DNA from: an uncultured virus (IMG/VR IMGVR_UViG_3300021255_001403) | Taxonomy: Duplodnaviria > Heunggongvirae > Uroviricota > Caudoviricetes | Virus record (IMG/VR): IMGVR_UViG_3300021255_001403 | Strand: one strand, 5' to 3' | Length of the DNA stretch: 64,000 bases | Shown here: positions 50,225 through 61,025 of the stretch, piece after piece | Numbering within the stretch: position 1 is the stretch's first letter | How the letters are laid out: each line of letters begins with the position of its first letter | Program-made: the position numbers and the translations under genes | Notes under the pieces: model-generated | Database searches by the model: none | What the model was told of the DNA's origin: nothing | What the model saw: the letters and a program-made list of their open reading frames with translations, nothing else

Positions 50225-52364
50225 AACTCCAGCCGAATCTGTAGCTAAGACTAAAGTAGTTGGTAATGTAAAAACTGAGAATGGAGATAATATCCAGATT
50301 ATTAAACCTGATATAGATGTATCTAAAATCGAGAATGAGTGGAAGCCTAAAGAAATGACTTATACCGATAAGGATAATAAAGTAGCTGTTACTCATGATC
50401 GTAAAATCATTCGTCCAGATATTAATAAAAATAAAGTTCGTAATGAACGTAATGCTGGATACCAAAGAGTCTCTATCAATTCTTTCGCTAAAACCCCAGT
50501 AGGTGCTAAGAAGAAAGAAGAGAATCCTATTCGTAAAACTCTTGATGGATTATATGAATTAGCTGATCAGAATATTGAACGTACTAAACAGGATCTTACT
50601 CGTCCTGGTGGTCGTATTGATGAAGCTAAGCATAAATATATTGATGACCGTTGGGCATTGTTACAGAAACGTGCTAAAGGGTCTAAATCATTAAGAGACC
50701 ATATTAAAGCTATAGAAGATATAATGGAAACCGATGCAAGATTTGATGGTATTTCAGAATATCTTCGTAAAGGATATATCATCTTTAAGGTAGCACATGA
50801 TGAAGGTGTAGGTGTAAATGACGAAACGTTTGGTATTGAAACTGCTACTCGTGAAATGAAACCTCGTCTTTCTAATGAAGCTGCTAAAGAAGCTGATTCT
50901 ATTCTTGATCAGTCTGATGATAGTGATGATTTATTATCTAATGATAAATTTGTAATTGGAGAAGATGTAAGCTCAGAGATTCCGTTTATGGAAGATACTG
51001 GAGATAATAATAAGGAGGAAGTTTCTATGATCACTGAAGAAGAAAATGTAGAAACTGATAAGGAAAAGGTAGATGTAATTCCTGAGAAGACTGTAGAAGA
51101 AGAAGTTAAACCTGTAGTTAAGAAAGTAACACCTAAAAAGAAAGTAGAGACTAATATTCCTACTAAAGAAGAAGAGATTAAAGAGGATCCTGATGTAAAT
51201 GAGGATATTCCTACGGTAGATAATAATACTACTGCATCTGATCCGTCTGATCTTATCTCTATTGAAGGTGGAGAAGAAGAGGAAGAGAATACTGACCTTC
51301 GTGAAACTACAGATGAAGAAGAGCTTACTGAAGAGCAGAAAGCTGTTATGCGTAAAGATCTGAAGACTCAGATTATTAGTAAGCTTAACCTTAATAGGGC
51401 TAATGACCTTGAAGGATTTGAAATATCTTCTCGTCCTATTAGTCTTAATGCTTCTATTGATAGAGACCATAAGATTGAAGAAGATCTTTCTGTAACTTGG
51501 GGTTTGCAGTATAGTGGTGTACCTATTGAGATTGCTCCTTTCTATGGTCAGGAACTTATTAAACTCAATCCTGAAGTTACTAACTTCCAGACTGTAGCAG
51601 GTCTTCGTACTATCTTCTCTCTCTTATATAAGCATTTCACGATTAAGAATAAACCGAAGTTTGAAACTTGGTTACGTCAGATATCTGACTATGATATTGA
51701 CTGCATGATCTTTGGTGCTTATTATGCATCTTTCCGTGATAATAACTTCCTTACTTATGAATGCCCGAAATGCCATAAAGCATTTATTGAAAAGAAAGAT
51801 TGTAAGGATATGGTTGTTTATCCGAATGATAAAGTTAAAGAACGCTTTGCTAGTATTCTTAAGAAAGATACTGTTGGTACTAAACTCTATAAGACTAAGC
51901 CGATTAAGATTAATGATAAATATGCTGTAGGATTTGTTACCCAGTCTATATACAGTAACATGTTTGAACCTGCTGCTCTTAGTGATGATTTCAAGAAGAA
52001 ATATGCTACTATTATCAATATCATGCCTAATATTGATCGTGTATATCGTATCAATTATGATACCCATAAACTCGATCCGATTATGTTTGGTGTAATCGAA
52101 GGAGATATCACTAAGACTGTACAGCGTAAGGTTAAGGGTCTTAATACTATTATCTCTAGCTTTACTCCTGATGAACGTTCTTTACTTATTGCTGAAGCAG
52201 ATAAGATTTCTCGAGTATTTGATGCTGACGTTATTAGGTATCAGATTCCGTCTACTGTATGCCCTGAATGTGGTACTAAGATTAAGGGTGTGCAGGAAAG
52301 TCCTCTTAACCTCCTTTTTATGCGTGCTCAATTACCGATCGTAGCAGCCTCTATTCCCGAGTAA
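50175..52364 (+). CDS. Tail/baseplate-hub assembly chaperone-like protein (T4 gp26/gp51-type Zn ribbons) with long acidic N-terminal region
   Basis: YECPKC and CPECG, ends PLNLLF; SD AAGGAGG; next to gp25-like gene. Confidence 0.6.
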   Translation: MAEEKELTLEDLGLKNETPAESVAKTKVVGNVKTENGDNIQIIKPDIDVSKIENEWKPKEMTYTDKDNKVAVTHDRKIIRPDINKNKVRNERNAGYQRVSINSFAKTPVGAKKKEENPIRKTLDGLYELADQNIERTKQDLTRPGGRIDEAKHKYIDDRWALLQKRAKGSKSLRDHIKAIEDIMETDARFDGISEYLRKGYIIFKVAHDEGVGVNDETFGIETATREMKPRLSNEAAKEADSILDQSDDSDDLLSNDKFVIGEDVSSEIPFMEDTGDNNKEEVSMITEEENVETDKEKVDVIPEKTVEEEVKPVVKKVTPKKKVETNIPTKEEEIKEDPDVNEDIPTVDNNTTASDPSDLISIEGGEEEEENTDLRETTDEEELTEEQKAVMRKDLKTQIISKLNLNRANDLEGFEISSRPISLNASIDRDHKIEEDLSVTWGLQYSGVPIEIAPFYGQELIKLNPEVTNFQTVAGLRTIFSLLYKHFTIKNKPKFETWLRQISDYDIDCMIFGAYYASFRDNNFLTYECPKCHKAFIEKKDCKDMVVYPNDKVKERFASILKKDTVGTKLYKTKPIKINDKYAVGFVTQSIYSNMFEPAALSDDFKKKYATIINIMPNIDRVYRINYDTHKLDPIMFGVIEGDITKTVQRKVKGLNTIISSFTPDERSLLIAEADKISRVFDADVIRYQIPSTVCPECGTKIKGVQESPLNLLFMRAQLPIVAASIPE

Positions 52365-52540
52365 GCATGATCTGCGACGATAATAAGGGCAAAATGACTT
52401 TCGGGGAAGTTTTAGGCTATAATCTTGGATTACTCCAGTATTTATGGGTTAAAGCTTTGAAGAATCTGAAAAGGATGAAGGGGTCTACTAATAAATCATC
52501 TGGGGCTAGCAGTCTTGCTGAAGTTATTGCAGACCTCTAA
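52313..52540 (+). CDS. Probable -1 frameshift extension (G-T type) of the chaperone
   Basis: C CTT TTT slippery-like site; -1 frame open to TAA 52540; no SD for internal ATG 52367. Confidence 0.55.
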   Translation, partial: PFYACSITDRSSLYSRVSMICDDNKGKMTFGEVLGYNLGLLQYLWVKALKNLKRMKGSTNKSSGASSLAEVIADL

Positions 52541-52558
52541 TGTAAGAGGAGGATATCA

Positions 52559-52870
52559 ATGAATCTCATTCAGTTTTACGAGAAAATATCCTCTGACAAT
52601 ACTACTGTGGGAAATACTGCGTATTTCTCAGAAGAAGTAACAATATTCAATATACTTAATGGTACTTTTCCAGATGAAGATATATTACATATTGGCATCA
52701 TGAGTGATGCAAATCCAACGTTCAAAATAACTTTAAGGAACGAGACTATTGCTTCTTGTGCTGAGGATAATATGAAAGACCAAATAGTTCAAGGTGCTTA
52801 CTACCCCTTATATCGTATCTCAGTTAATAGGGAAGGAAGCACTTTATATATAAAGCTAATTCAATTATAA
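52559..52870 (+). CDS. Hypothetical protein
   Basis: SD GAGGAGG; terminator 52883-52919. Confidence 0.7.
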   Translation: MNLIQFYEKISSDNTTVGNTAYFSEEVTIFNILNGTFPDEDILHIGIMSDANPTFKITLRNETIASCAEDNMKDQIVQGAYYPLYRISVNREGSTLYIKLIQL

Positions 52871-52918
52871 ATCAAATAAAATGCACCCAGGGATAAATAA
52901 TCCCTGGGTGTTTATTTT

Positions 52919-53392
52919 TTATCCAATTTTACGATCTATTGCCATCTTACTATACTTATTTTGTACATTACCCAATTCTTCTTCGATTCTATAATCTTTG
53001 TGGAATAATTTGTAGATATCTTCAATATCTTCTTTACTCCTATACTCATCATATTTATCATCGGCGAAGAATTCTTTTTCAGCTACAGCAAATACCATTC
53101 CCATAGCATAAGATGGTTCTAATAGTGTAACTAATTCAAATCCCTTATTCTTACTTTTAGCAGAGAACTTATATTCGCAATCACATCTATTACTTATAGA
53201 AGCTCTTAATATAAGTTCATAATTACCACTTCTAAAAATATATACTCTCATACTAAGAATATTATCAGTTCTCTTACACAAACAAACCATCTTAGAATTC
53301 TTAAGTTTATTTTTTGGTCTAGCAATATAAGACCTATCAAACGGACTGAGTTTATTAATAGTAAAGGAAACTACTTTATCAGATTTGCTCAT
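52919..53392 (-). CDS. Hypothetical protein
   Basis: Minus-strand operon. Confidence 0.65.
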   Translation of the reverse strand: MSKSDKVVSFTINKLSPFDRSYIARPKNKLKNSKMVCLCKRTDNILSMRVYIFRSGNYELILRASISNRCDCEYKFSAKSKNKGFELVTLLEPSYAMGMVFAVAEKEFFADDKYDEYRSKEDIEDIYKLFHKDYRIEEELGNVQNKYSKMAIDRKIG

Positions 53393-53416
53393 TTTACTCT
53401 CTCTTCTTTCTCTTAT

Positions 53417-53944
53417 TTATTCGATATCATCCATTTCAGTACCATAAGTATATGAGAATGATTCTAATATCTCTTGAACTAATTTATCATTATCATCTAA
53501 TTTCTCTATACGATACATACTATCAAAGATTTCAGATAATACTCCAAGGATATTATTAAAATCAATATTGAAATGATTCTTAGATATCTTCAATCCGAAT
53601 ACATAAGCAAATAACTCATCAGTTAATTCTTTTTCGTTATTATACTCAGATTCAGTATAATCTGTAACCACTTTCATTTCCCCAGTTTTCTTAATATTAA
53701 AATAAAACTGGAAATTTAGCATATGTGCTTTATTAATAGAATCTGAATCATCTTTAAATACTGGTACCATTCCATAGTCTATAAATGTGTATATAGGAAC
53801 AGTATCGTCAGATAAAGGATCACTAAAGTAATCATTTATCTTTGGTACAAACCCTGCATGGCAGATACTATTATCTACCTTTCTTCTAGTGATAAAGATA
53901 TCTAATTTCCCTTTATCATCTTCACTAAACATGAATAGAGCCAT
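53417..53944 (-). CDS. Hypothetical protein
   Basis: SD AAGGAG. Confidence 0.7.
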   Translation of the reverse strand: MALFMFSEDDKGKLDIFITRRKVDNSICHAGFVPKINDYFSDPLSDDTVPIYTFIDYGMVPVFKDDSDSINKAHMLNFQFYFNIKKTGEMKVVTDYTESEYNNEKELTDELFAYVFGLKISKNHFNIDFNNILGVLSEIFDSMYRIEKLDDNDKLVQEILESFSYTYGTEMDDIE

Positions 53945-53957
53945 TTACTAACTCCTT

Positions 53958-54701
53958 TTATAGATCTCTTATTTCATCAAAAAGACCAAATACTTTCTTT
54001 ATTCTTGTAGTAGTTTTCTTAGTAAAGCTAGTAAGTCTTGTATTATACTCGTTGAAGAAGTATTTAGAATCTTCTATACACATTTCTCTGAATTCTTTAA
54101 GTTTCATATTTTCATAAGTCTTATATTTATTAGTATCAGCAAATACTCTTTCTAATCTTATATAATGAAGAGGATTACATGGTTTACCTTCGGCTTTATC
54201 TAATTCAGATACTAAACAAGAAGACTTAATAGTCCCAAAATCTACTACATTATCACATTTTCTTCTTACAGTAAAACTCTTACATATTTCAATATACCTA
54301 GAAGTTACATCCAAAGTACAAATATTAGAATCACCAAAATCAGGATTATTCATATCTTCAAATAAATCAAAACATGGTGTAGTATCAATACATTCATTAG
54401 GAACAATCTTTCTTGTATACGGATCAAACTGGAATCTCATATGATAACCAATATTGATTTTATTTCCTACTAATGCATCATATCCTAAATTCACATCTTT
54501 AAGAGTTAGATTATTAAATTCTTTTTCTGTGGTATTCAGATTCAGTATGGTGTATTCATTAATAGGTGGTACTGTATATTGGGAATTTAGCTCTTGATAA
54601 AATCTAGTTAACTCTAGTGCTGCTTCAGCCTCTTTCTTATTTTTAATATCATAGAAATTCCCTGCAAAATAGACTACATACCCTTTGTTAATTTTACTCA
54701 T
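53958..54701 (-). CDS. Hypothetical protein
   Basis: SD AAGGAGAG. Confidence 0.7.
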   Translation of the reverse strand: MSKINKGYVVYFAGNFYDIKNKKEAEAALELTRFYQELNSQYTVPPINEYTILNLNTTEKEFNNLTLKDVNLGYDALVGNKINIGYHMRFQFDPYTRKIVPNECIDTTPCFDLFEDMNNPDFGDSNICTLDVTSRYIEICKSFTVRRKCDNVVDFGTIKSSCLVSELDKAEGKPCNPLHYIRLERVFADTNKYKTYENMKLKEFREMCIEDSKYFFNEYNTRLTSFTKKTTTRIKKVFGLFDEIRDL

Positions 54702-54825
54702 AATTAACTCACTCTCCTTTTCTTATTTTCTAGTTATTGTGTATATAAATATTTAAAACCGTGTAAAATTGTAGCGGGAGACATTTAATTAAATATCCTT
54801 AGATTACGATTTAGGAGGTTTTGTA

Positions 54826-56568
54826 ATGGAAATCTTTGAAGAAGCTGCAGATAAAAAAGAAAAGCATCTACGAATATCTCCGTTAAATACAGAGCAATTT
54901 ATTAAAGTAAATGAATTGTTAGAAATAGATGACCCTATATTCTTTGCTAGATCTAATATGCCTACAGAAAGAGGTTTATTATCTAACGAAATATTTGGTA
55001 TTACTAAAGAAGATAGAACTACGATATTTGCTTATATACATTTAGCCGGAGAAACTTTTATGCATCCATTAGCATATAAGATCTGGAGTAAATTAGATTC
55101 CAATATCCCATCTTGTATTGCTGAGTTAGATACCTATAAAGTAGATAAAGAAACAGGTAAACTTATACCAGATCCTAATGGAGAGAATGGTATAAAGTTT
55201 TTACAAAAAGTAATAAAGACTATTAACTTTAAAACCAATAAATCTGCTAAGAGATTAGTTAAGACTACATTTCTAGAAAAATATAGAGATAAATTGTTTA
55301 TAGATGACTTTGTAGTTATACCAGCAGGATATCGAGACGTAGATACAGAAATTGGTGGTAGAATTGGTGTTGGTGAAATAAATAAAATGTACGATGCTAT
55401 CATCAGAGATTGTAAAGCATTAAAAGAATCTGATGATTATGGATTATCATTAAATGGATCATTAAGATTACGTATACAAAAAGGAATAGTATCTGTATAC
55501 GATTTCTTATGCTTTGGTAGAGATACTAAAGGTGTAGATTCCCAAGCATCAGGCTTATCAAGAAAATTAGGTCTTATTAGACGAGCTGGTATGAAGAAGT
55601 CTTTCGACTGGGGTGCTCGTCTAGTTATCTGTACTCAGAATCTAAGAAAAGAGAATTTATCTGATATACTCATAGACTTAGACTCTATTGGTTTACCATT
55701 AGCGGCTATATGTGCTAACTATTATCCTTATATGATATTCTGGATAAGAACTTGGTTTGAAAATAATCTTACTGATAAAGAAGATATACTTGTAGTAGAC
55801 CCTAAAAAGAAAACTGCTGTTAAAGGTGAATTACAAGACTGGAGAGAATACTATTCTGATGAAAGAATCAAACAAGAGTTAGATAGATTCCTTCATGGTT
55901 CTTCTACTCGTCTTAATGCTATAGAAGCTCCTGTATCTGATGAATATAAACGTAAGAATACTAAAGCATATCTTATGTTTAAGGGTTATATGGTTCCAGA
56001 TGAAGCTGTAGCTAAGCAGTATGAAAAACAAGACTCTCCTATAGCTGATGAAGAATATATGAAATTCTCTATACAAGAAAGACCACTTACTTGGTGTGAT
56101 CTATTTTATAGAGCTGCTATGGATGTAACTAAAGATAGAACGGTATTAGTATCTCGTTTCCCTATTGATAGTTACTATAACCAGTATCCAGCTAAAGTTA
56201 AAGTAGTATCTACTAATGAAACTGAACCAATGATAGTAAATGGTACTTTCTTCAAATTATATCCCAAGATAAGAATAGAGGATATAAACCAAGATACTTC
56301 AAATAAGTTCGTAGATGTAGCATTACCTAATAACGTACGTCTTGATTCTATTGGTGGTGACTTTGATGGTGATACTGTATCATCTAAAGCAGTTTATTCT
56401 ATAGAATCTAATGATGAGTTATTAAATGCTATCAATTCTAAAAAACATTATATCTCTCTCGGTGGTGAGAATATAATGTATACGTCTAAAGAATGTATCC
56501 AATCATTATATAATCTCACTCTTGTATTACCTGACGATAAACCCAAGCTTACTGAAGCAAAATTTTAG
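54826..56568 (+). CDS. Phage multisubunit RNA polymerase beta-prime subunit (N-terminal plus catalytic part), probably virion RNAP
   Basis: ERGLLSNEIFG, FAYIHL..HP, VIPAGYRD, SRFP, catalytic GGDFDGD; late-type promoter at 54780 and IFEE leader suggest packaging. Confidence 0.9.
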   Translation: MEIFEEAADKKEKHLRISPLNTEQFIKVNELLEIDDPIFFARSNMPTERGLLSNEIFGITKEDRTTIFAYIHLAGETFMHPLAYKIWSKLDSNIPSCIAELDTYKVDKETGKLIPDPNGENGIKFLQKVIKTINFKTNKSAKRLVKTTFLEKYRDKLFIDDFVVIPAGYRDVDTEIGGRIGVGEINKMYDAIIRDCKALKESDDYGLSLNGSLRLRIQKGIVSVYDFLCFGRDTKGVDSQASGLSRKLGLIRRAGMKKSFDWGARLVICTQNLRKENLSDILIDLDSIGLPLAAICANYYPYMIFWIRTWFENNLTDKEDILVVDPKKKTAVKGELQDWREYYSDERIKQELDRFLHGSSTRLNAIEAPVSDEYKRKNTKAYLMFKGYMVPDEAVAKQYEKQDSPIADEEYMKFSIQERPLTWCDLFYRAAMDVTKDRTVLVSRFPIDSYYNQYPAKVKVVSTNETEPMIVNGTFFKLYPKIRIEDINQDTSNKFVDVALPNNVRLDSIGGDFDGDTVSSKAVYSIESNDELLNAINSKKHYISLGGENIMYTSKECIQSLYNLTLVLPDDKPKLTEAKF

Positions 56569-56656
56569 TTAATTCCATATAAATGGGGTAGTCATATAGA
56601 CTACCCCATGAATTTTGTATCCTTGACATTAGCATAACTTGATAGGAGGTTAAAAA

Positions 56657-57964
56657 ATGAAGCGGTCTACTATACCTATAGAAAAAGTTAATCTTCGGAA
56701 ATCTCACACCGAAGATAAAGAACTTTGTCTAAATAATAAACATGCCTATCCATATTTAATTAATGAACAAGATAATCTATCTATTTACCATATAAGAGAT
56801 TGTTTGAATAACTGGAACAGTTATTCCAGTAGTCTTAAATCAAATATCCATAGAGTATCTCAATTACTTAATATGACTGAATCTAAACTACCAGATTATA
56901 TCAATGAAGTAGAAGATACTATATCCAATTATATAATCCCTTATGTAGATAACCCAAATTTTTATACTAGACTATTTGAGAATAGTAAGACTATTAAAGA
57001 CTCTATAAAAGAGCAAGTAGAATGTGATAGATTACTTAGCAATTATAATGCTATATCAAAACGGTTTAATATAGATAAACACTTTATTTATGGCATAAAT
57101 GAGAATAGATCACTTACAGATATCATATACTCATTTTGTGATATGATAGATACTTATGATAGTGATTATAAAACCAAATTCTGTATAGCTACAGAATGTG
57201 CTTTATATATAAATGATAAGAATTATCTGAATATACCAACCAGAGCTATTATTGAGAATATTATAGATTACCATCTTATGCAGTATGGTAATAGGAATAT
57301 GGAAAAATTTGTAGATAATATGAAAGATAGTATAGAGAAAGATTGCTTTATAGATGAATCTGCTGAAGAGTATATAGACTTTCTTAATGACGTATATACT
57401 CATATGAATGAAGATATATACTCCGAGGATATAGAAAACCATTTTAACTCCAATTCAGATATTACTATTGTAGAAGCGTATGATGAGTATAATAATCTAT
57501 CTAACTCTTTAAAGAATCTTTATGAGAGTGCTATGCTAGATAAAGCTGATAGACTTATTGCTAGATATAAAATATCTCTTATCAAGAATAAGAAAACTAT
57601 CGAGAATGCTATAAAGTCTTTATTAGTAGTACACAGATTGAGAGATATAAAGAAGGGTACTTCGAATGCATTATCATTAGTATTCTTCTCAGCTCTTATG
57701 GGAGGAGCATTTGCATTTGGTGCTATTCCTGGAATACTCGGATTAATAACTACTTATACTTTACAACAATCTATCCAAGAAGTTTATCTAAGAGATTCTA
57801 TCAAAGCTTGGGAGAATCATAAAGAAATGGTAGAGAATAAATTAGATAGTACTTATGATAATGATACCAAGAAGAAACTGATATCTTATATAGCTGAATT
57901 GGATAATAATATAGATTTACTGAAAGAGAAATTAGTCGAATATGACTCCGAAAGGAGAGAATGA
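56657..57964 (+). CDS. Probable virion/head assembly protein with hydrophobic segment
   Basis: Late-type promoter at 56625; upstream of capsid genes. Confidence 0.6.
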   Translation: MKRSTIPIEKVNLRKSHTEDKELCLNNKHAYPYLINEQDNLSIYHIRDCLNNWNSYSSSLKSNIHRVSQLLNMTESKLPDYINEVEDTISNYIIPYVDNPNFYTRLFENSKTIKDSIKEQVECDRLLSNYNAISKRFNIDKHFIYGINENRSLTDIIYSFCDMIDTYDSDYKTKFCIATECALYINDKNYLNIPTRAIIENIIDYHLMQYGNRNMEKFVDNMKDSIEKDCFIDESAEEYIDFLNDVYTHMNEDIYSEDIENHFNSNSDITIVEAYDEYNNLSNSLKNLYESAMLDKADRLIARYKISLIKNKKTIENAIKSLLVVHRLRDIKKGTSNALSLVFFSALMGGAFAFGAIPGILGLITTYTLQQSIQEVYLRDSIKAWENHKEMVENKLDSTYDNDTKKKLISYIAELDNNIDLLKEKLVEYDSERRE

Positions 57965-57967
57965 TAT

Positions 57968-58732
57968 ATGGGGTTATTTGAATCTTTTATATTAAGAGAA
58001 GCTGGAGAATCTGCAGATAAGAAACCATTTAAAATGGCTGGTGGTGAAGAGCAGGTACCAATGCGTCAAAATACACCAGACTTTACACAACCACAATCTC
58101 AACAGCAAGAACCTCCTGCTGAGGATGCTGCTGATGGAGCAGCTCCTCCTCAAGATGCTGGTGGTGATCCTGCAGCACAAGGTGAAGAAGAAGCACCTCC
58201 AGAAGAAGGAGGAGAAGAGGGTGCTCCTGAAGATCCTAATGCTGCTGGTGATATGGCTGGTGGAGAAGAAATGGGCCCACAAAATGCTGAGGAAGAATTA
58301 CAGCAAGATGAGAAAGAAGTCTTTGCTGATTTGAAACCTGAGCAGATGGCAATTAAAGTAAAAGAATTAAAAGATCAATATGCAACTCTTCATCAGATTA
58401 TAATGGATAATCTTGAGAAGATAAATAAGATTTCCCATACGACTTATGATGATGCTTTATTAGATCTTATTGTAAGAAAAATGGCATTACTTAAGTCTAT
58501 GATAAGAGATTCTTTGGATAAGACTTTTGCTACTAGAACCTATGCTGAGAATAAAGAGGCTTTAGCAAGATTTACGATTACTTATAATGAGTTAGAGATT
58601 CTTTTAAGGAATATTCATCAAGCTAGATTAGATAGAGCTGATGCTCTTGCTGAAAGAAATAATAAAACCACTAAAAAAGGTAAGACACCAGAGTTCCCAA
58701 CTTTATTTACACGGGGTTATGATGTACAATAA
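57968..58732 (+). CDS. Scaffold-like protein (acidic Pro/Gly/Glu-rich N-half, coiled-coil C-half)
   Basis: LFES, LREA motifs; directly upstream of capsid gene. Confidence 0.55.
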   Translation: MGLFESFILREAGESADKKPFKMAGGEEQVPMRQNTPDFTQPQSQQQEPPAEDAADGAAPPQDAGGDPAAQGEEEAPPEEGGEEGAPEDPNAAGDMAGGEEMGPQNAEEELQQDEKEVFADLKPEQMAIKVKELKDQYATLHQIIMDNLEKINKISHTTYDDALLDLIVRKMALLKSMIRDSLDKTFATRTYAENKEALARFTITYNELEILLRNIHQARLDRADALAERNNKTTKKGKTPEFPTLFTRGYDVQ

Positions 58733-58759
58733 CTTTTACCTTTTAAAATTAGCTGTATA

Positions 58760-58771
58760 AACATTACTATA
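58760..58771 (+). promoter_or_regulatory. Late-type promoter AACA-N6-TA for the capsid gene
   Basis: Recurrent motif at about 20 late transcription units. Confidence 0.7.
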
Positions 58772-58904
58772 ATACCAGTAGTGCCGAAATTAACCCTATG
58801 CAAGTTTGGGTGAGCTTAAATGCACTATTGGATTAATTATATGAATTTTACGAACTCTTGATAAGAAAGTTAATAGATCAAGGGAAATAAAGGAGGAAAA
58901 CGTC

Positions 58905-60926
58905 ATGGCAGTAGTTGGTACTAGCCCTGCTAAGCAGCTCCAAGAGTCGCTTCGCAACTATGAAACAGACCCTATGCGTGGCTTGGCAAAGAAATTTGCT
59001 TCCATCGCACAGGCTGGTATATCTGAAAACGTTGATTTATTTAGTGAACCCACTAAATTTTTCAGTAAATCCGTTTTGAATAATCAGATGAAAGATTTCT
59101 TTATTAAAGAATCTTTTGACCCCGAAGATCCGGATCTGAAAGGTAAACCGGACGCTGTAAAAGCTGCTTATGCTCAGATGGCTCAGTTATATGAAAACGA
59201 TATCTCTAGCCTTACTGAAGCAGCTCCGCTTGGTGCTTTCAACCCAGTTGTTGGTATTACCTTCCCGATGCATAAGAATCTTCTTATGACTACGGTATTT
59301 GATAAAGGTGCTATTCCGAAAGATGTCGCTGCTGGTCCGCAGTTCACCTTGACGATGGAAACCCGTACTCTGTATAGTCCGGATGGTACCCAGATTGATA
59401 TGTTCTTGGAGCAGAATAAGATTAAAGATATCGTTGAATCTGCTGTTCCTCGTAAGGATATCGTTCTGAAGCTTCCGGAAGACCAGAATACGGATATTCT
59501 GTCTCTGCTTGGTGCAGCTAACCGTACGACTGCTAACGTATCTCGTGCTTCTAAAGTTACGAAGATTATCGTTAAAAATGTTTGGACGGTTAAAGGTGAG
59601 CAGTATGCTACGGTTGATAGCAATGGTAATGTAACTGCTATTTCCACTTATACTGGTGATGGTGAAGCACTGAATAAGGTTATTCCTATCGAACCGATTC
59701 GTTTCGTTGCCTCCTATGGTCAGTATGACCGTACGTTCCAGCATCGTATCAACATGATCGTTCCGACTGATGGTACTGGTGGTGTTCGTAATGAAGAGTT
59801 CCAGTTCGCTGGTTCTATGCATAACAACCGTTTCTCCTTCATGACGACTTCTGCTAACGTAACGCATGTAATTCTGAGTGCAGCTCTGGATGTTTCTTCT
59901 GCTGCATATGAAACTCCGAAAGTTAAATGGTCCGCACGTACGGAATTCTTTGAAATCCCCGAAGCACCACATATCACGGTAACCATCTCTCCTGAAGAGA
60001 CCCGTGATATCCAGGCTATGTATAATGTAAATCAGTTAACGAAACTGATGAGCATGATCAAGCTGACCTTGGTTAACTACAAAGATGATAAGATTCTCGA
60101 AGATCTTGATATGTCCTTCACGAATCTGCCGGCTACTAGCAAGATTGCTGCTGGTTTCGATTTCGTACCGCCGGATAACTTCCTGGGTAGCCATGTAACC
60201 TGGCGTTATGAAACCTTCATGGACTTCCTCGATACTCATGTAACGACTCTGTTACAGGTATTGAATGATGAAAACATGACGGTTTCCATATTCGGTCGTC
60301 CTGAACTTATTCGTAAGATTACTCCGAAAGAATATACGTATCAGACTCCGTCTACGATTGGTCCTGTTCAGTTAGACTATAAGAAGACGGTTAAGACTAC
60401 TGATAATCGTATCTATCAGTTCATTAGTTCGAACAAGCTGCGTAATGATAATAACCTGATTATTATCCTGAATCCGCGCAACTCTAAACGAGTAATGTAC
60501 AAGATCTTCGATTATCAGCTGTATGTAGGTAATGAAATTCGTGATACGGATAACTATCAGTTACCGGCAATCACCGCTTTCGAGCGCTTCCTCTTCATTT
60601 CCTATCAGCCTGTACAGGGTCGTATCCAGATCTTCAACCCGACTGGCTTGAAGAAGCATCTGGTTAATAATAATCCTATTGGTAATCGTGCTCTGAATGA
60701 TTATACTGCTAATGAAATTAGCTATGATCATGAAACTGGTAAGTATATTGAATATACTCGTGACCAGCTGCCGAATACGCCGGTTAGCCCGACCAGCATT
60801 ATTCAGCAGAGCCCGCAGGAATTCAAGGATGCAGACTATAGCAAGAATGTACCCATCTATTCCCCGAACTACACTAATAGTGATCCTTCTAATCCGGCTC
60901 CGTCCAATCCGAGCACTGGTTATTAA
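58905..60926 (+). CDS. Probable major capsid protein
   Basis: 673 aa; most strongly biased codons in window; propeptide with LQES, IKES, LTEA cleavage-like sites; scaffold-like neighbour; strong SD. Confidence 0.75.
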   Translation: MAVVGTSPAKQLQESLRNYETDPMRGLAKKFASIAQAGISENVDLFSEPTKFFSKSVLNNQMKDFFIKESFDPEDPDLKGKPDAVKAAYAQMAQLYENDISSLTEAAPLGAFNPVVGITFPMHKNLLMTTVFDKGAIPKDVAAGPQFTLTMETRTLYSPDGTQIDMFLEQNKIKDIVESAVPRKDIVLKLPEDQNTDILSLLGAANRTTANVSRASKVTKIIVKNVWTVKGEQYATVDSNGNVTAISTYTGDGEALNKVIPIEPIRFVASYGQYDRTFQHRINMIVPTDGTGGVRNEEFQFAGSMHNNRFSFMTTSANVTHVILSAALDVSSAAYETPKVKWSARTEFFEIPEAPHITVTISPEETRDIQAMYNVNQLTKLMSMIKLTLVNYKDDKILEDLDMSFTNLPATSKIAAGFDFVPPDNFLGSHVTWRYETFMDFLDTHVTTLLQVLNDENMTVSIFGRPELIRKITPKEYTYQTPSTIGPVQLDYKKTVKTTDNRIYQFISSNKLRNDNNLIIILNPRNSKRVMYKIFDYQLYVGNEIRDTDNYQLPAITAFERFLFISYQPVQGRIQIFNPTGLKKHLVNNNPIGNRALNDYTANEISYDHETGKYIEYTRDQLPNTPVSPTSIIQQSPQEFKDADYSKNVPIYSPNYTNSDPSNPAPSNPSTGY

Positions 60927-61025
60927 TAAAAGACTCTCCCTAAAATTACATAAATCCCACAATTATTCCAGAGGACCTAAATGGTCCTCTGGGATTAATT
61001 TTTTACAGATATAAAACATAAGAGT

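Noticed and set aside
59183..61014. Long antisense/overlapping ORFs in the capsid gene (likewise 25477, 50973, 3686, 47252, 63091 and others)
   Set aside because: Shadow frames of codon-biased genes; no SD, implausible composition
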